A DNA stretch of 64,000 nucleotides from positions 544,001-608,000 of the forward strand of contig CAVZJB010000011.1 in assembly GCA_963775425.1 (NCBI GenBank), in the 5' to 3' direction. Shown here piece after piece: positions 1-9,511 of the stretch. The notes below the pieces were generated by a model that saw only the letters and a list, made by a program, of their open reading frames with translations, was not told where the DNA came from and did not search any database. Within the stretch, counting starts at the first letter, position 1; each line of letters begins with the position of its first letter. Both the position numbers and the translations under genes were made by a program. Origin of the DNA: an uncultured delta proteobacterium. Lineage in GTDB: Bacteria > Myxococcota > UBA727 > VGSZ01.

Positions 1-6
1 GGCCGG

Positions 7-3000
7 ATGCAGCGGCTCCTCGGCTACAAGCACAACAAGGGGCGGGCGGTGCGGGCGCTCGCCGACGCCCCCGTCGACATCGCGGGCGCGCGCATCCACC
101 CCGCGCCCCTCGAGCTGCAGCGCCTCGCCGGGCTCTCCTGTGACCGCGACCTCTACCGCGCGGAGCAGGACGTGGTGCGGCTCCTCGTCACCATGCCCGG
201 CGGCGGCAACGCCGTCGTACGCGTCTCCATGAACGGCGCGCCGCTCACCGAGCGCCGCGTGGAGCTCGCGAAGGGCGTGTGCGTCGAGTCCCTGGCGATG
301 CTCCTCCCCGGGCGCTACGAGGCGCAGCTCGTCGTCGCCGGCGTCGACACCGGCGAGCGCGCGCGCTTCACCGTGGCGGAGTACACCCTGGCGCCGCTGT
401 CGGCGCGCCTGCTCGAGCACCGCATCGATCGCGCGGCGCAGACGCTCACCGTCACCCTCGGCGTGGAGAGCTACGGCGTGCATTGGGATCGCCCGCTGCG
501 CGGTGCGCTGGTCGAGAGCGGCCGCGAGATGTCCGAGGTGGTCTTCACCATGGAGCGGCCCGGGCGCTTCACCGGCAAGGCGCGCGTCGCGGGCGAAGGG
601 CCGTTCACGGTGCGCGCCGCCGCCGTCGACGACGCCGCGCGTACGGCGGACGTCGCGCTGCCCGGCACGCGCCGCCGTGAGCGCCAGCTCACGCTCGCCG
701 GGGAGCTCGGCAGGGAGCTGTTCGTGTCGCTGTTGCCCGAGCCGGGCGCTGTGGCGGTGCGCGGCCTGCACGTCAGCCAGGGCGACTTCGTGGCCACGCC
801 CGTCGTGCTCGAAGATCCGGTCGGTGATCGCGCGTGTCTGCGCGCCAACGAAGACATCGAGTCGCTGGTGGTGGCGGCGTGGGATCCCGCGCGCGACGCG
901 TTCAGCGTCGTCGACCTCGGCGACGTCCCGCGTGGGAGCAGCGCGTCGCTCGACGTGCCGCGGCCGATGTGTGTGGCGTTCCTCGGGTGCTTCGTGAACG
1001 GTGAGCCCTTCGAGGCGTTCACGGCGCTGTTCGCCGCCGAACGCCCCGTCTCGCTCGAGGTGCCGGACACGTGTCCGCCCGGTGGCGAGATCGCCGTCAC
1101 CGTGCGCACCGGGCGGAGCGCGCCGCTGCCGATGGTCCTGTGTGTGCGCGACGAGCGCCTCACGGCGAGCGACGCGCCCCAGCAGGTGTTGGCGGCGTCG
1201 GCCAGGCGCGCGCTGTCGGCGGCCACCGCCGGGCTCGGCGACGACTTCCGCTTCGTGCGCCTCGAGGAGCTGGCGGCGCCGGCGGCCGCGCCCCCCGTGC
1301 GCACGGGAGGCACCCGCGGAGGCATCGAGGTGTCGGTGCGCGGGCGGGGACAGCCGGCGCGCATCGAGCACTTCCACGACAGCGAGGTCAGCATCGGCCG
1401 CCTGCCGGGGACCCAGGTGATGCTCGCGCGCCCCAACGTCAGCAAGCTCCACGCGCGCGTTGTCCTGCGCGACGGCAAGCTCGTCATCGTCGATCTCAAG
1501 AGCACCAACGGCACGTACGTGAACGGCAAGCGGATCGGCGCGCCGCAGGTGTTGAAGGACTCGGACCGGGTGACGGTCGGCGACTTCTCGCTGACCTTCG
1601 CCGTCGGCGCCGCCGCCGCGCCCGACGACGACTTCGACGACGACGTCGCGGTGCTCGCGGCGCCCGCCCCGAGGGCCGCGCGCGCGCCCGGCGTGCGCGA
1701 CGAGATCCTCGAAGACGACCTCTTCGCCGTGTCGGCCGGTGACGACGGCCTCGTGCTCGACGACGAGGAGGAGGCGTCCACGCGCGAGCTGCGCCTGGGC
1801 GACCTGGGATCGCTCCGGGAAAAGGGCGGGGGCGGCGTCGAGGACACGCCGGTGCGCGCCGCCTTTCCCGAGGTGCTCTTCTGCGGGCTCGTGGAGGTGG
1901 GCGACGGCGACGTCGTGCGCGTCCCCGCCGGCGAGGCCCTCGGGGGGTTCGCGGTCGAGATCTTCTTCGTCGACGGCGGCGACTTCGGCGCTGCGCGCGC
2001 GCGCGTGCAGGTGGATCAGGCCGTGCGCGTGGACCTCGACATCGCGCCGGAGATCGACCCAGAAGATCGCGTGCAGGGCACGCTGCGCGTCGGGTGCCGC
2101 TCGGGCAGCGCGCGCGTCGCCCTCGTGTGCGACGGCCGCTCCGTGCCGCTGAAGACGGTCGACGGCCGCATCGTCGGCGTCGACGACGCGCTGCCGTCGG
2201 GCACGGAGCTGTTGTTCGACGCCGGTCCGGGCGTCTGGCTCGCCACCGCCGCGGCCGCCGTCGGCGGCGACGAGGACGCCATGGAGGTGCGCGTGGGCGC
2301 GCCCGGCGTCTCCCGGAGCGTCGCGCGCGAGATTGTCCTTGTGGACCGCGGCAAGCGCGTGACGCTCGACGGCGAGATGTTGTCCCTGCGCGTGCTGCCC
2401 GGCCTCGACGAGCCGTTCCGGATGCTCGCCGAGGCCACGGCCGGCTACGCGCACCTGTGCTGCGAGCAGACGGCCGCCAAGATCCTCTCGGCGGTGGTGA
2501 TGTTCCTGTCCGCCGACGAGCCCGCGCTCCGGCAGCGCGCGGAGGAGATCATCCTCGCCGGCATCGCGCGCGAGCGGCAGATGATCCGCCGCGACCGCGA
2601 CGGCCGCGGCCGCGGCTTCGCGATGTACCCCGAGGAGCCGTCGGTCTCGGAGCACTACACGCCCAAGGTGGTGCAGCACCTGTGGAGCCTCGACGGGCTC
2701 GCGGAGCTGAACGGGCTGTCAGAGCAGCTCGTCGACGCCGTGCGCGAAGGCATCGCCATGGCCGACGACGTCGCCGGGGCGTGCCGCATGGCCCGCGTCC
2801 CCGAGCGCGTGCAGACCATGGACGACGCGTGGGCGCTCGCGGTGCGCGCGCCGCGCCGCCGCCGGGAGGCGCTCGAGCTCGTCGCGCGCACCGTGTGCCT
2901 CGACGAGAGCGGCCCGCGCCTGCGCGCGCCGGCGCGCCGCGTGGACGAGCGCGCCACGCTCGCGTACGCGGCGGCGGTCCTGTTCGCGTCGGGGAAGACG

Positions 3001-3618
3001 CAGACCGCCATTCGCCTCGCCAACGAGGTGCTGCGCCAGCTCAACGAGCAGGGCCGGCTGTACTCGACGCTGGACTCGGTGGCCGCCATCGCCCTCATGG
3101 TGCAACTGCGCCGGACGGGCATCGTGGGCGGCGGCGCCGAGCTCGTGGTGAACGGGCGGACCGCCACCGCGCTCGAGGCGTCGCGGCTGTCCGACCAGGC
3201 GGAGGTCGTGGAGGTGAAGGAGGGCGTGTGCGTCGTCGAGGTCACGCGTGTGCGCGAGGACCGCTGGGCCGAGGCGCGCGCGACGTTCCCGCTCAAGGTC
3301 GGCTTCCGCGACGGCGCCGGGCGCTCGATCACGGGCTTTCGACGCGGCGACCGCGCCGAGCTCGTGGTCACGCTGCCGCGCGGCTACGCCGAGGGCGACC
3401 TCGTCCACGTGTGCTTGCCGCCGGCGATGGCGTGGCTCGAGGGCGGCGGGCGCGTCAAGCGCTTCAGCGTGGACTTCGCCGGGCGGGACGAGGTCCGCAT
3501 CCCCGTCGTCGTCACACAGGAGATCAACGGCCGTCAGCGCTTCGCCGTCGCGGTGCGGAACATGTTCCACGAGGAGCGCGCGGCGACGCCGGGGTTGATG
3601 GTGATCGAGAGCGCGTGA
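7..3618 (+). CDS. Alpha-2-macroglobulin-like thioester protein with internal FHA domain (5' end may lie outside the window)
   Basis: CxEQ motif YAHLCCEQT (2458-2469); A2M-like VRAAFPEVLF, GFAMY, YSTLDS and LPP segments; FHA signature IGR..SKLHA..DLKSTNGTYVNG (~1381-1600); frame is open back to base 1. Confidence 0.75.
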   Translation: MQRLLGYKHNKGRAVRALADAPVDIAGARIHPAPLELQRLAGLSCDRDLYRAEQDVVRLLVTMPGGGNAVVRVSMNGAPLTERRVELAKGVCVESLAMLLPGRYEAQLVVAGVDTGERARFTVAEYTLAPLSARLLEHRIDRAAQTLTVTLGVESYGVHWDRPLRGALVESGREMSEVVFTMERPGRFTGKARVAGEGPFTVRAAAVDDAARTADVALPGTRRRERQLTLAGELGRELFVSLLPEPGAVAVRGLHVSQGDFVATPVVLEDPVGDRACLRANEDIESLVVAAWDPARDAFSVVDLGDVPRGSSASLDVPRPMCVAFLGCFVNGEPFEAFTALFAAERPVSLEVPDTCPPGGEIAVTVRTGRSAPLPMVLCVRDERLTASDAPQQVLAASARRALSAATAGLGDDFRFVRLEELAAPAAAPPVRTGGTRGGIEVSVRGRGQPARIEHFHDSEVSIGRLPGTQVMLARPNVSKLHARVVLRDGKLVIVDLKSTNGTYVNGKRIGAPQVLKDSDRVTVGDFSLTFAVGAAAAPDDDFDDDVAVLAAPAPRAARAPGVRDEILEDDLFAVSAGDDGLVLDDEEEASTRELRLGDLGSLREKGGGGVEDTPVRAAFPEVLFCGLVEVGDGDVVRVPAGEALGGFAVEIFFVDGGDFGAARARVQVDQAVRVDLDIAPEIDPEDRVQGTLRVGCRSGSARVALVCDGRSVPLKTVDGRIVGVDDALPSGTELLFDAGPGVWLATAAAAVGGDEDAMEVRVGAPGVSRSVAREIVLVDRGKRVTLDGEMLSLRVLPGLDEPFRMLAEATAGYAHLCCEQTAAKILSAVVMFLSADEPALRQRAEEIILAGIARERQMIRRDRDGRGRGFAMYPEEPSVSEHYTPKVVQHLWSLDGLAELNGLSEQLVDAVREGIAMADDVAGACRMARVPERVQTMDDAWALAVRAPRRRREALELVARTVCLDESGPRLRAPARRVDERATLAYAAAVLFASGKTQTAIRLANEVLRQLNEQGRLYSTLDSVAAIALMVQLRRTGIVGGGAELVVNGRTATALEASRLSDQAEVVEVKEGVCVVEVTRVREDRWAEARATFPLKVGFRDGAGRSITGFRRGDRAELVVTLPRGYAEGDLVHVCLPPAMAWLEGGGRVKRFSVDFAGRDEVRIPVVVTQEINGRQRFAVAVRNMFHEERAATPGLMVIESA

Positions 3619-3630
3619 CACCCTCGCCGG

Positions 3631-4215
3631 ATGCCTTCGGTGATCGAGACCCCACGCGAGCTCGCCATCCGGCTCCTCGCCGACAACCGCGATCACATCG
3701 GGCGGTCCGTGTATCAGCTCACCTGCAGGCTGCAGCCCCACTGGGCCGACGTCGACGAAAACGCCTTCGTGCACAACACGCACACCGTGCTCCGTGCCGT
3801 GCAGGACTACCTCGCCGGCGGCGATCCGGAGGTCATCATCAACCTCGCACGCGATCTGTTGCGCGTGCGTCGCCTGGCCGGCTTCACCGGCCCCGAGTTC
3901 CACCTGGCCCTGCACACGTATCTGCCCGTGGTGCGCAAGGCGTTCCTCGCCCGCGCGCCCACGATGCGGCAGGGGCTCGCCGCGTTCGACGTGGCGGAGT
4001 CCATCTGTCTGCCGCTCTTCTCGCGCCTGCTCGAGGCCATCGCGCGCGCCGACGAGCAGACCGCGCCGGACGCGCGGCCGCCGTTCCACGGCCGTCCCTT
4101 CGAGGAGGTCAGCGTGGGCGATCAGATGCCCGCGTTCCTGCGCGAGCCGGCCGACGAAGAGTCCGACGAAGACCGCACCGACCCGCACGCGCGCCGCCCC
4201 GCCCGCCGCTCCTAG
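3631..4215 (+). CDS. Hypothetical helical protein, possibly RsbRD-N-like
   Basis: GC3-biased 194-aa ORF; RVRRLAGF-x-EF pattern resembles RsbRD N-terminal domains; acidic tail. Confidence 0.5.
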   Translation: MPSVIETPRELAIRLLADNRDHIGRSVYQLTCRLQPHWADVDENAFVHNTHTVLRAVQDYLAGGDPEVIINLARDLLRVRRLAGFTGPEFHLALHTYLPVVRKAFLARAPTMRQGLAAFDVAESICLPLFSRLLEAIARADEQTAPDARPPFHGRPFEEVSVGDQMPAFLREPADEESDEDRTDPHARRPARRS

Positions 4216-4216
4216 C

Positions 4217-4621
4217 TCAGAGGTGACCGCGCGCGGCGCGCAGGATGTCGACGTAGCTGACGATGCCGACGAGGGTGCCGTCGTCGGCGCTCACCACGGG
4301 GAGGGCGCCGCAGCGGTTCTCGAGCATCGCCTCGATGGCGTCGTCGATGTCGTCGTCGGGCTCCACCACCGCCGGCTCGCCGGTCATGATGCTCGCCACA
4401 GGCTGGCGCAGGCGCGCGCGCAGCCCGTCGGGCTCGGCGAGCAACGCCTGGTGCGAGAAGCGCGCGAGGTCGCGATCGCTGATGATGCCCTTCACCTCGC
4501 CTTGATCGACGATCGGGAGATGCCGGATCTCCTCGGTTTCGAGCGTTCGCATGGCGTCGAACACCGACGTGTCGAGCTTCGCCACCAGGGGATCCCGGGT
4601 CATGATGTCGCGGACCAGCAT
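4217..4621 (-). CDS. CBS domain pair protein
   Basis: MLVRDIMTRDP..IRHLPIVD..GIISDRD..ALPVV..GIVSYVDIL; GGAGG RBS upstream of ATG 4621. Confidence 0.9.
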   Translation of the reverse strand: MLVRDIMTRDPLVAKLDTSVFDAMRTLETEEIRHLPIVDQGEVKGIISDRDLARFSHQALLAEPDGLRARLRQPVASIMTGEPAVVEPDDDIDDAIEAMLENRCGALPVVSADDGTLVGIVSYVDILRAARGHL

Positions 4622-4676
4622 CTCTCTCTCCTCCAAGCACGGGGCCTCAGGGGCCGCGATCGCTGCCCGCTGCGTG

Positions 4677-4692
4677 TGCACCGCGCGTGCCG
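4677..4692 (-). promoter_or_regulatory. Putative sigma-54 (-24/-12) promoter of CBS gene
   Basis: CGGCACGCGCGGTGCA, GG-N10-GC spacing, ~55 nt upstream of the start. Confidence 0.5.
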
Positions 4693-4817
4693 CTCGCGGG
4701 GTCACCGACGGCCGCGTTCCTTCGTTGGGCCGGACGGCACGCCCGGTGTGAGAGCACACAGCTCCGGTGCAATCCCGCCCCATAGATGGGGGGGATGGCT
4801 GTGCGTATCCTTTCCGC

Positions 4818-6185
4818 ATGATTTCCGTCAGCACCCTCATGTGCCACGCGCCCATCGTCATCCCCGACGTCGCCGGGGTGCGTGGGGAGCAATGCGTTCA
4901 CAGCACCGCCGCGATGCGCGCCGCCGCCGCTCGCGTGGTGCAAAAACACCCGGATGTCGTCGTGGTGTTGTCGCCGCACACGCCGCGCCTGCCGGGCTTC
5001 GGCATCGTCGCTGGCGTCGGCCGCGGCCGGACCGGTCGCATCACCGGGTCCTTCGAGGACTTCGGCGCGCCGGCGGTGCAGATCGACCTGCCCGCGGCGG
5101 AGGACGCCACCGCCCGCCTGCTTCACAAAGCCGAGCAAGCCGGCGCCGACGTCTCCGCGATCGCGTTGGGCAAGCTCGATCACGGCGCCGCCGTGCCCCT
5201 CGCCTTCCTGGTTGAAGCCGGCTTTTGCGGACCCACGCTCGTCGTGGGCCTGCCGCGCGCTCCCTCGGCCGAGGGGATGCGCGCCTTTGGCCGTCTGCTC
5301 GCCGAGGCCGCCGGCGACGAGCGCTGGGCCGTCGTCGCGTCCGGCGACTGCAGCCACCGCCTCATCCCCGGCGCGCCTGCCGGCTTTCACCCCGAGGCGC
5401 AGCGCTTCGACGACGCGCTCGTGCGCGTGGTGACCGCAGGCGAGCGCCTCGAGGGCATCGACGCCGGCTTGCGCGACCTCGCCGCCGAGGACGTCGTCGA
5501 CACAGTGCAGATCGCGGAGGCGGCGTCGGGCTCCACACTCGGGCGCGAGGTGCTGAGCTACGAGGGCCCGTTCGGCGTCGGCTACCTCGTCGCCGTCTTG
5601 TGCGACCCGGACCCGGCTCCGTCCTTCCGCGCGAAGCCGGGCGCCGACCCCGAGGAGCGCGCCAACGTCCTCGTCGACGTCGCCGAGGACGCGCTGAGGG
5701 CGCACCTCGAGCGGCGTGGTCGGCGCGCGTTCGACACCGGACACGTCGACGCCATGGCCGTCAGCGGCGCCTTCGTCACCTGGCGCGAGGGCCGCGACCT
5801 GCGCGGCTGCGTCGGCCGCATGACGCTCGACAAGCCGCTCAGCGAGGCGGTGGCCGAGCTCGCGGTGTCGTCGGCGTCGGCGGACCCGCGGTTCCTGCCG
5901 GTGACCGCCGCGGAGGCCCCACGCCTCGACGCGGAGATCACGCTGCTGTCGCCGAGCGAGCACGTGAACGACGTCGGTGAGCTCGACCCGCGCACCTGGG
6001 GCGTGGAGGCCAAAAACGGCTGGCGCCACGGCGTGCTCCTGCCGGACATCGACGGAGTCGATAGCGTCGAGCAACAGCTCAACATCGTCCTTCGCAAGGC
6101 GGGCATCCGGCCCGACGAGCCCTTCACGCTGCGGAAGTTCCGCGCGCAAAAGGTGACGAAGAAGACCGCGGAACAAAGCGCATGA
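4818..6185 (+). CDS. amrA: AmmeMemoRadiSam protein A: LigB/MEMO-like domain fused to AMMECR1 domain
   Basis: HAP, SPH, LDHG, SGDCSH, YEGPFGVGY, then GAFVT..LRGCVG, DPRF, GVLLP. Confidence 0.85.
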   Translation: MISVSTLMCHAPIVIPDVAGVRGEQCVHSTAAMRAAAARVVQKHPDVVVVLSPHTPRLPGFGIVAGVGRGRTGRITGSFEDFGAPAVQIDLPAAEDATARLLHKAEQAGADVSAIALGKLDHGAAVPLAFLVEAGFCGPTLVVGLPRAPSAEGMRAFGRLLAEAAGDERWAVVASGDCSHRLIPGAPAGFHPEAQRFDDALVRVVTAGERLEGIDAGLRDLAAEDVVDTVQIAEAASGSTLGREVLSYEGPFGVGYLVAVLCDPDPAPSFRAKPGADPEERANVLVDVAEDALRAHLERRGRRAFDTGHVDAMAVSGAFVTWREGRDLRGCVGRMTLDKPLSEAVAELAVSSASADPRFLPVTAAEAPRLDAEITLLSPSEHVNDVGELDPRTWGVEAKNGWRHGVLLPDIDGVDSVEQQLNIVLRKAGIRPDEPFTLRKFRAQKVTKKTAEQSA

Positions 6186-7258
6186 ACGTCCCCGGCCGCT
6201 ATCACCACGCAGAAGGCGAGCGCTTCCGCTGCGACGTCTGTCCGCGCGGCTGCCTGCTGTCTCCCGGACAGCGCGGCTTCTGCTACGTCCGCGAGGGAAC
6301 CGCGGACGGCGTCGCCCTCACCACGTGGGGCCGCTCGTCGGGCTTCTGCATCGATCCCATCGAGAAGAAGCCGCTGAACCACTTCCTGCCGGGGACATCG
6401 GTGCTCTCGTTCGGCACCGCCGGCTGCAACCTCGGCTGCTCCTTCTGCCAGAACTGGGACATCTCCAAGTCGCGCCAGGACGACACGCTGCAGGCGTCGG
6501 CGTCGCCGGACGCCATCGCGGCGCTGGCGGTGAAGGCCGGCGCGCGCTCGGTGGCGTTCACCTACAACGACCCCACCGTCTTCGTGGAGTACGCCGTCGA
6601 CACCGCCAGGGAGTGCAAGAAGCGCGGCGTGAAGTCCGTGGCGGTGACCAACGGCTACATCAGCGGCAAGGCGCGCGAGGACCTCTACGCCAACATGGAC
6701 GCCGCCAACATCGACCTCAAGGCGTTCACCGAGGAGTTCTACACGAAGGAGACGCTCGCGCACCTGGAGCCGGTGAAGGACACGCTGCGCTACGTGGTGC
6801 ACGAGACGGGCTGCTGGGTCGAGGTGACCACGCTCCTCATCCCGGGGAAGAACGACGGCGACGACGAGATCGACGCGCTCACCCGGTTCATCGCCGGCGA
6901 GCTCTCCGTCGACGTGCCGATCCACTTCACGGCGTTTCACCCCGACTACAAGATGACGGACGTCGGGCGCACGCCCGCGTCCACCCTGCGCCGGGCGCGC
7001 GAGATCGCGAAGAAGAACGGCTTGCGCTGGGTGTACACGGGGAACGTCCACGACGTGGAAGGGCAGAGCACCGCCTGCCCCGGCTGCGGCGCCGTCCTCG
7101 TCGAGCGCGACGGCTACACCCTCGGCCGCTACGGCATCGCCGCCGGCGACGACGGCGCCGGGCGCTGCGCGTCGTGCGGCTGCGCGGTGGCCGGCACGTT
7201 CGAGGCGCGCCCCGGCACCTGGGGCGCTCGCCGCGTGCCCCTCCACATCCTGGCGTGA
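6182..7258 (+). CDS. amrS: AmmeMemoRadiSam radical SAM enzyme
   Basis: CDVCPRGC, DPIEKKPLNHF, GCNLGCSFCQNWDIS (CxxxCxxC), C-terminal CPGC; ATGA overlap with amrA. Confidence 0.92.
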   Translation: MNVPGRYHHAEGERFRCDVCPRGCLLSPGQRGFCYVREGTADGVALTTWGRSSGFCIDPIEKKPLNHFLPGTSVLSFGTAGCNLGCSFCQNWDISKSRQDDTLQASASPDAIAALAVKAGARSVAFTYNDPTVFVEYAVDTARECKKRGVKSVAVTNGYISGKAREDLYANMDAANIDLKAFTEEFYTKETLAHLEPVKDTLRYVVHETGCWVEVTTLLIPGKNDGDDEIDALTRFIAGELSVDVPIHFTAFHPDYKMTDVGRTPASTLRRAREIAKKNGLRWVYTGNVHDVEGQSTACPGCGAVLVERDGYTLGRYGIAAGDDGAGRCASCGCAVAGTFEARPGTWGARRVPLHILA

Positions 7259-7325
7259 CGCATGAGGCCCCCGGGGGCCGCTTTGTCGTGATCCGCAGGC
7301 GCGGACGCTAGACTGACGGAGCGGC

Positions 7326-8594
7326 ATGCTTCGTCTCGACGGCAAGCACATCCTCGTCGGCGTGGGCGGCAGTATCGCCGCGTATCGCGCTTGTGACGTC
7401 GTGCGCCGCCTGCGCGAGCTCGGGGCCAGCGTTCGCGTGGCGCCGACCCGCGCGGCCTCGGCCTTCGTCACGCCACTGACCTTCGAGGCGATCTCCGGGG
7501 AGCCGTGCCTCGGCGGCGTGCTCGAGCTCGAGCGCGGTGGCCACGCCCCGCCGGCGACGCCCGAGGCCGGCGCGCACGCGGCGCCGGCGCGGTCCGTCAT
7601 CCCGCACATCGAGGAGGCCTACCGCGCCGCCTGCGCCGTCGTCGCGCCGGCCACCGCCGACCTCGTCGCGCGGATGGCCCACGGCTTCGCCGACGAAGCG
7701 CTGCTCGCCACGTTGCTCTCGTTCCGCGGTCCGCTCGTGGTGGCCCCGGCCATGGAGACCCGCATGTGGGATCACCCGGCCACGCAGGACAACGTCGGCA
7801 CGCTCGTCACCCGCGGCGCGTTCGTCGTCGGTCCCGCCGCGGGCCCGCTCGCGTCGGGGCGGAGCGGCGCGGGGCGCCTCGCGCCCGTCGAGGAGATCGT
7901 CGAGGCCGTGGTCTACGCGCTCGCCGACAAGGACCTCGCCGGCAGGCACATCGTCGTCACCGCCGGCCCCACCGTCGAGGACGTCGACCCCGTTCGCTTC
8001 CTCACGAACCGTTCGTCGGGAAAGATGGGCCTGGCCCTCGCCCGCGCCGCCGCGCTGCGGGGCGCCCGCGTCGACCTCGTCCACGGGCCGCTGCGCGCCC
8101 CGCCGCCCTCGACGCCGGGCCTGACGCCGCGCCCGGTACGCTCGGCGCAGGAGATGCTCGACGAGACGCTCTTGCGCATCGACGGCGCCGACGTCGCCAT
8201 CCTGTGCGCCGCCGTCGCCGACGCGCGCCCCGCCAAGCCTGCGCGCAAGAAGCTGAAGAAGACCAAGGGGGAGCTCGCCGCCATCGCGCTCACGCCCACC
8301 GAGGACATCCTCGCCACGCTCGGCGCGCTGCCGTCGCGCAAGCAGGGCCGGCCCGTGCTCGTGGGCTTCGCCGCCGAGACCGGCGACGTCGCCCGCTACG
8401 CCCGCGACAAGCTCGTCCGCAAGAAGTGCGATCTGGTGTGCGCCAACGACGTCGGAGAAGAGGGGAGCGGCTTCGACGTCGACACCAACCGGATCCTGCT
8501 CGTGAAGAAGAAGGGCAGGGACAGGTGGCTGCCGAAGCTCGACAAGGCGGACGCGGCCTGGCGCATCCTCGACGAGGTGAAGGCGCTCCTATGA
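7326..8594 (+). CDS. coaBC: Bifunctional phosphopantothenoylcysteine decarboxylase/ligase
   Basis: GSIAAY, APATA, APAMETRM, TAGPTVEDVDPVRFLTNRSSGKMG, GFAAET, ANDV. Confidence 0.95.
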   Translation: MLRLDGKHILVGVGGSIAAYRACDVVRRLRELGASVRVAPTRAASAFVTPLTFEAISGEPCLGGVLELERGGHAPPATPEAGAHAAPARSVIPHIEEAYRAACAVVAPATADLVARMAHGFADEALLATLLSFRGPLVVAPAMETRMWDHPATQDNVGTLVTRGAFVVGPAAGPLASGRSGAGRLAPVEEIVEAVVYALADKDLAGRHIVVTAGPTVEDVDPVRFLTNRSSGKMGLALARAAALRGARVDLVHGPLRAPPPSTPGLTPRPVRSAQEMLDETLLRIDGADVAILCAAVADARPAKPARKKLKKTKGELAAIALTPTEDILATLGALPSRKQGRPVLVGFAAETGDVARYARDKLVRKKCDLVCANDVGEEGSGFDVDTNRILLVKKKGRDRWLPKLDKADAAWRILDEVKALL

Positions 8595-9409
8595 CGCGAT
8601 CGGAAGAAGGCTTCTCCGGCGACGACGCCGACGGCCCGCTCATCCTCACCGTGGACGGCGTCGACGTCCGCGAGTCCACGTGGGCCGGCGCCTATTACTG
8701 CGCCCACGTCCTGTGGCTCGCCTCGGGCGCCGCCGGCGAGGAAGCGACCACGCTGGTGCGCGACGGCGCGGGCGATCCGCTCGTGGGCTTCCTGCACGTG
8801 CCCGCCGACGCCGAGACCACCGGCCACCCCGGCCGCGCGCGCTTTGACCGCCACCGCGGCACCGCGCGCGTCGTCGCGTGCGCGCTCGCGGGGATCCTCG
8901 ACGAGCTGCGCGGCCGCATCGCGAGCCCGCGCGTGTTGCTCACGGGCTTCGGGCCGTTCGCGGCGGTGGTCTCGAACCCCACCGGCGACTTCGTCGAGCA
9001 CGATGAGTCCGTCGCGCACGCGCTGGCGCTCGCGGCAGGGATGCCGGCGCAGCGCCGGCCCGACCTGGCCAAGCTCGCCGGCGACGGCGCGCAGATCTCG
9101 GCACACGTCGCCGGCGACGTCCTCCTCGCGCGCCTGCGCCTCGACGTCGACGACGTCGCCCTCCATCCGACGCGGCCGGGCTCGCTGCCCTGGGCGCTCG
9201 CCCGCGTTCGCCCGCACGCCCTCGTCGCGCTCGGCGTGCACCGCGCGTCGAACAACTACCGCGTCGAGCTCGAGCCCACCAACGCCGGCCTCGCCGGCGG
9301 CCACCCGCCCCGCCACGAGCGCGGCCGCCCCATCGACGCGCGCCGCCCGCACAACCGCGCCCTCGCCCGCGCCATCGCCCGAGGCGCCGCCCGCCTCGGG
9401 GTGTCTTGA
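8591..9409 (+). CDS. Pyroglutamyl peptidase I (C15)-like protein, apparently circularly permuted
   Basis: AGAYYC and GFLHVP precede LLTGFGPF..SNPT and VALG..RVELEPTN; ATGA overlap with coaBC. Confidence 0.7.
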   Translation: MTRSEEGFSGDDADGPLILTVDGVDVRESTWAGAYYCAHVLWLASGAAGEEATTLVRDGAGDPLVGFLHVPADAETTGHPGRARFDRHRGTARVVACALAGILDELRGRIASPRVLLTGFGPFAAVVSNPTGDFVEHDESVAHALALAAGMPAQRRPDLAKLAGDGAQISAHVAGDVLLARLRLDVDDVALHPTRPGSLPWALARVRPHALVALGVHRASNNYRVELEPTNAGLAGGHPPRHERGRPIDARRPHNRALARAIARGAARLGVS

Positions 9410-9511
9410 GGGGCGCGCTCCCGCCGCCCGCTTGTCGGACGCACGTAGGCATCGGTCGGTTGGCCGTGGCGCCGCAATGGCGTGCGCACACGCCCCGATA
9501 CCTGCGTCACC

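Noticed and set aside
4818-7258. AmmeMemoRadiSam locus as a novel system
   Set aside because: Already a described, widespread gene trio, and the A/B-like fusion is known
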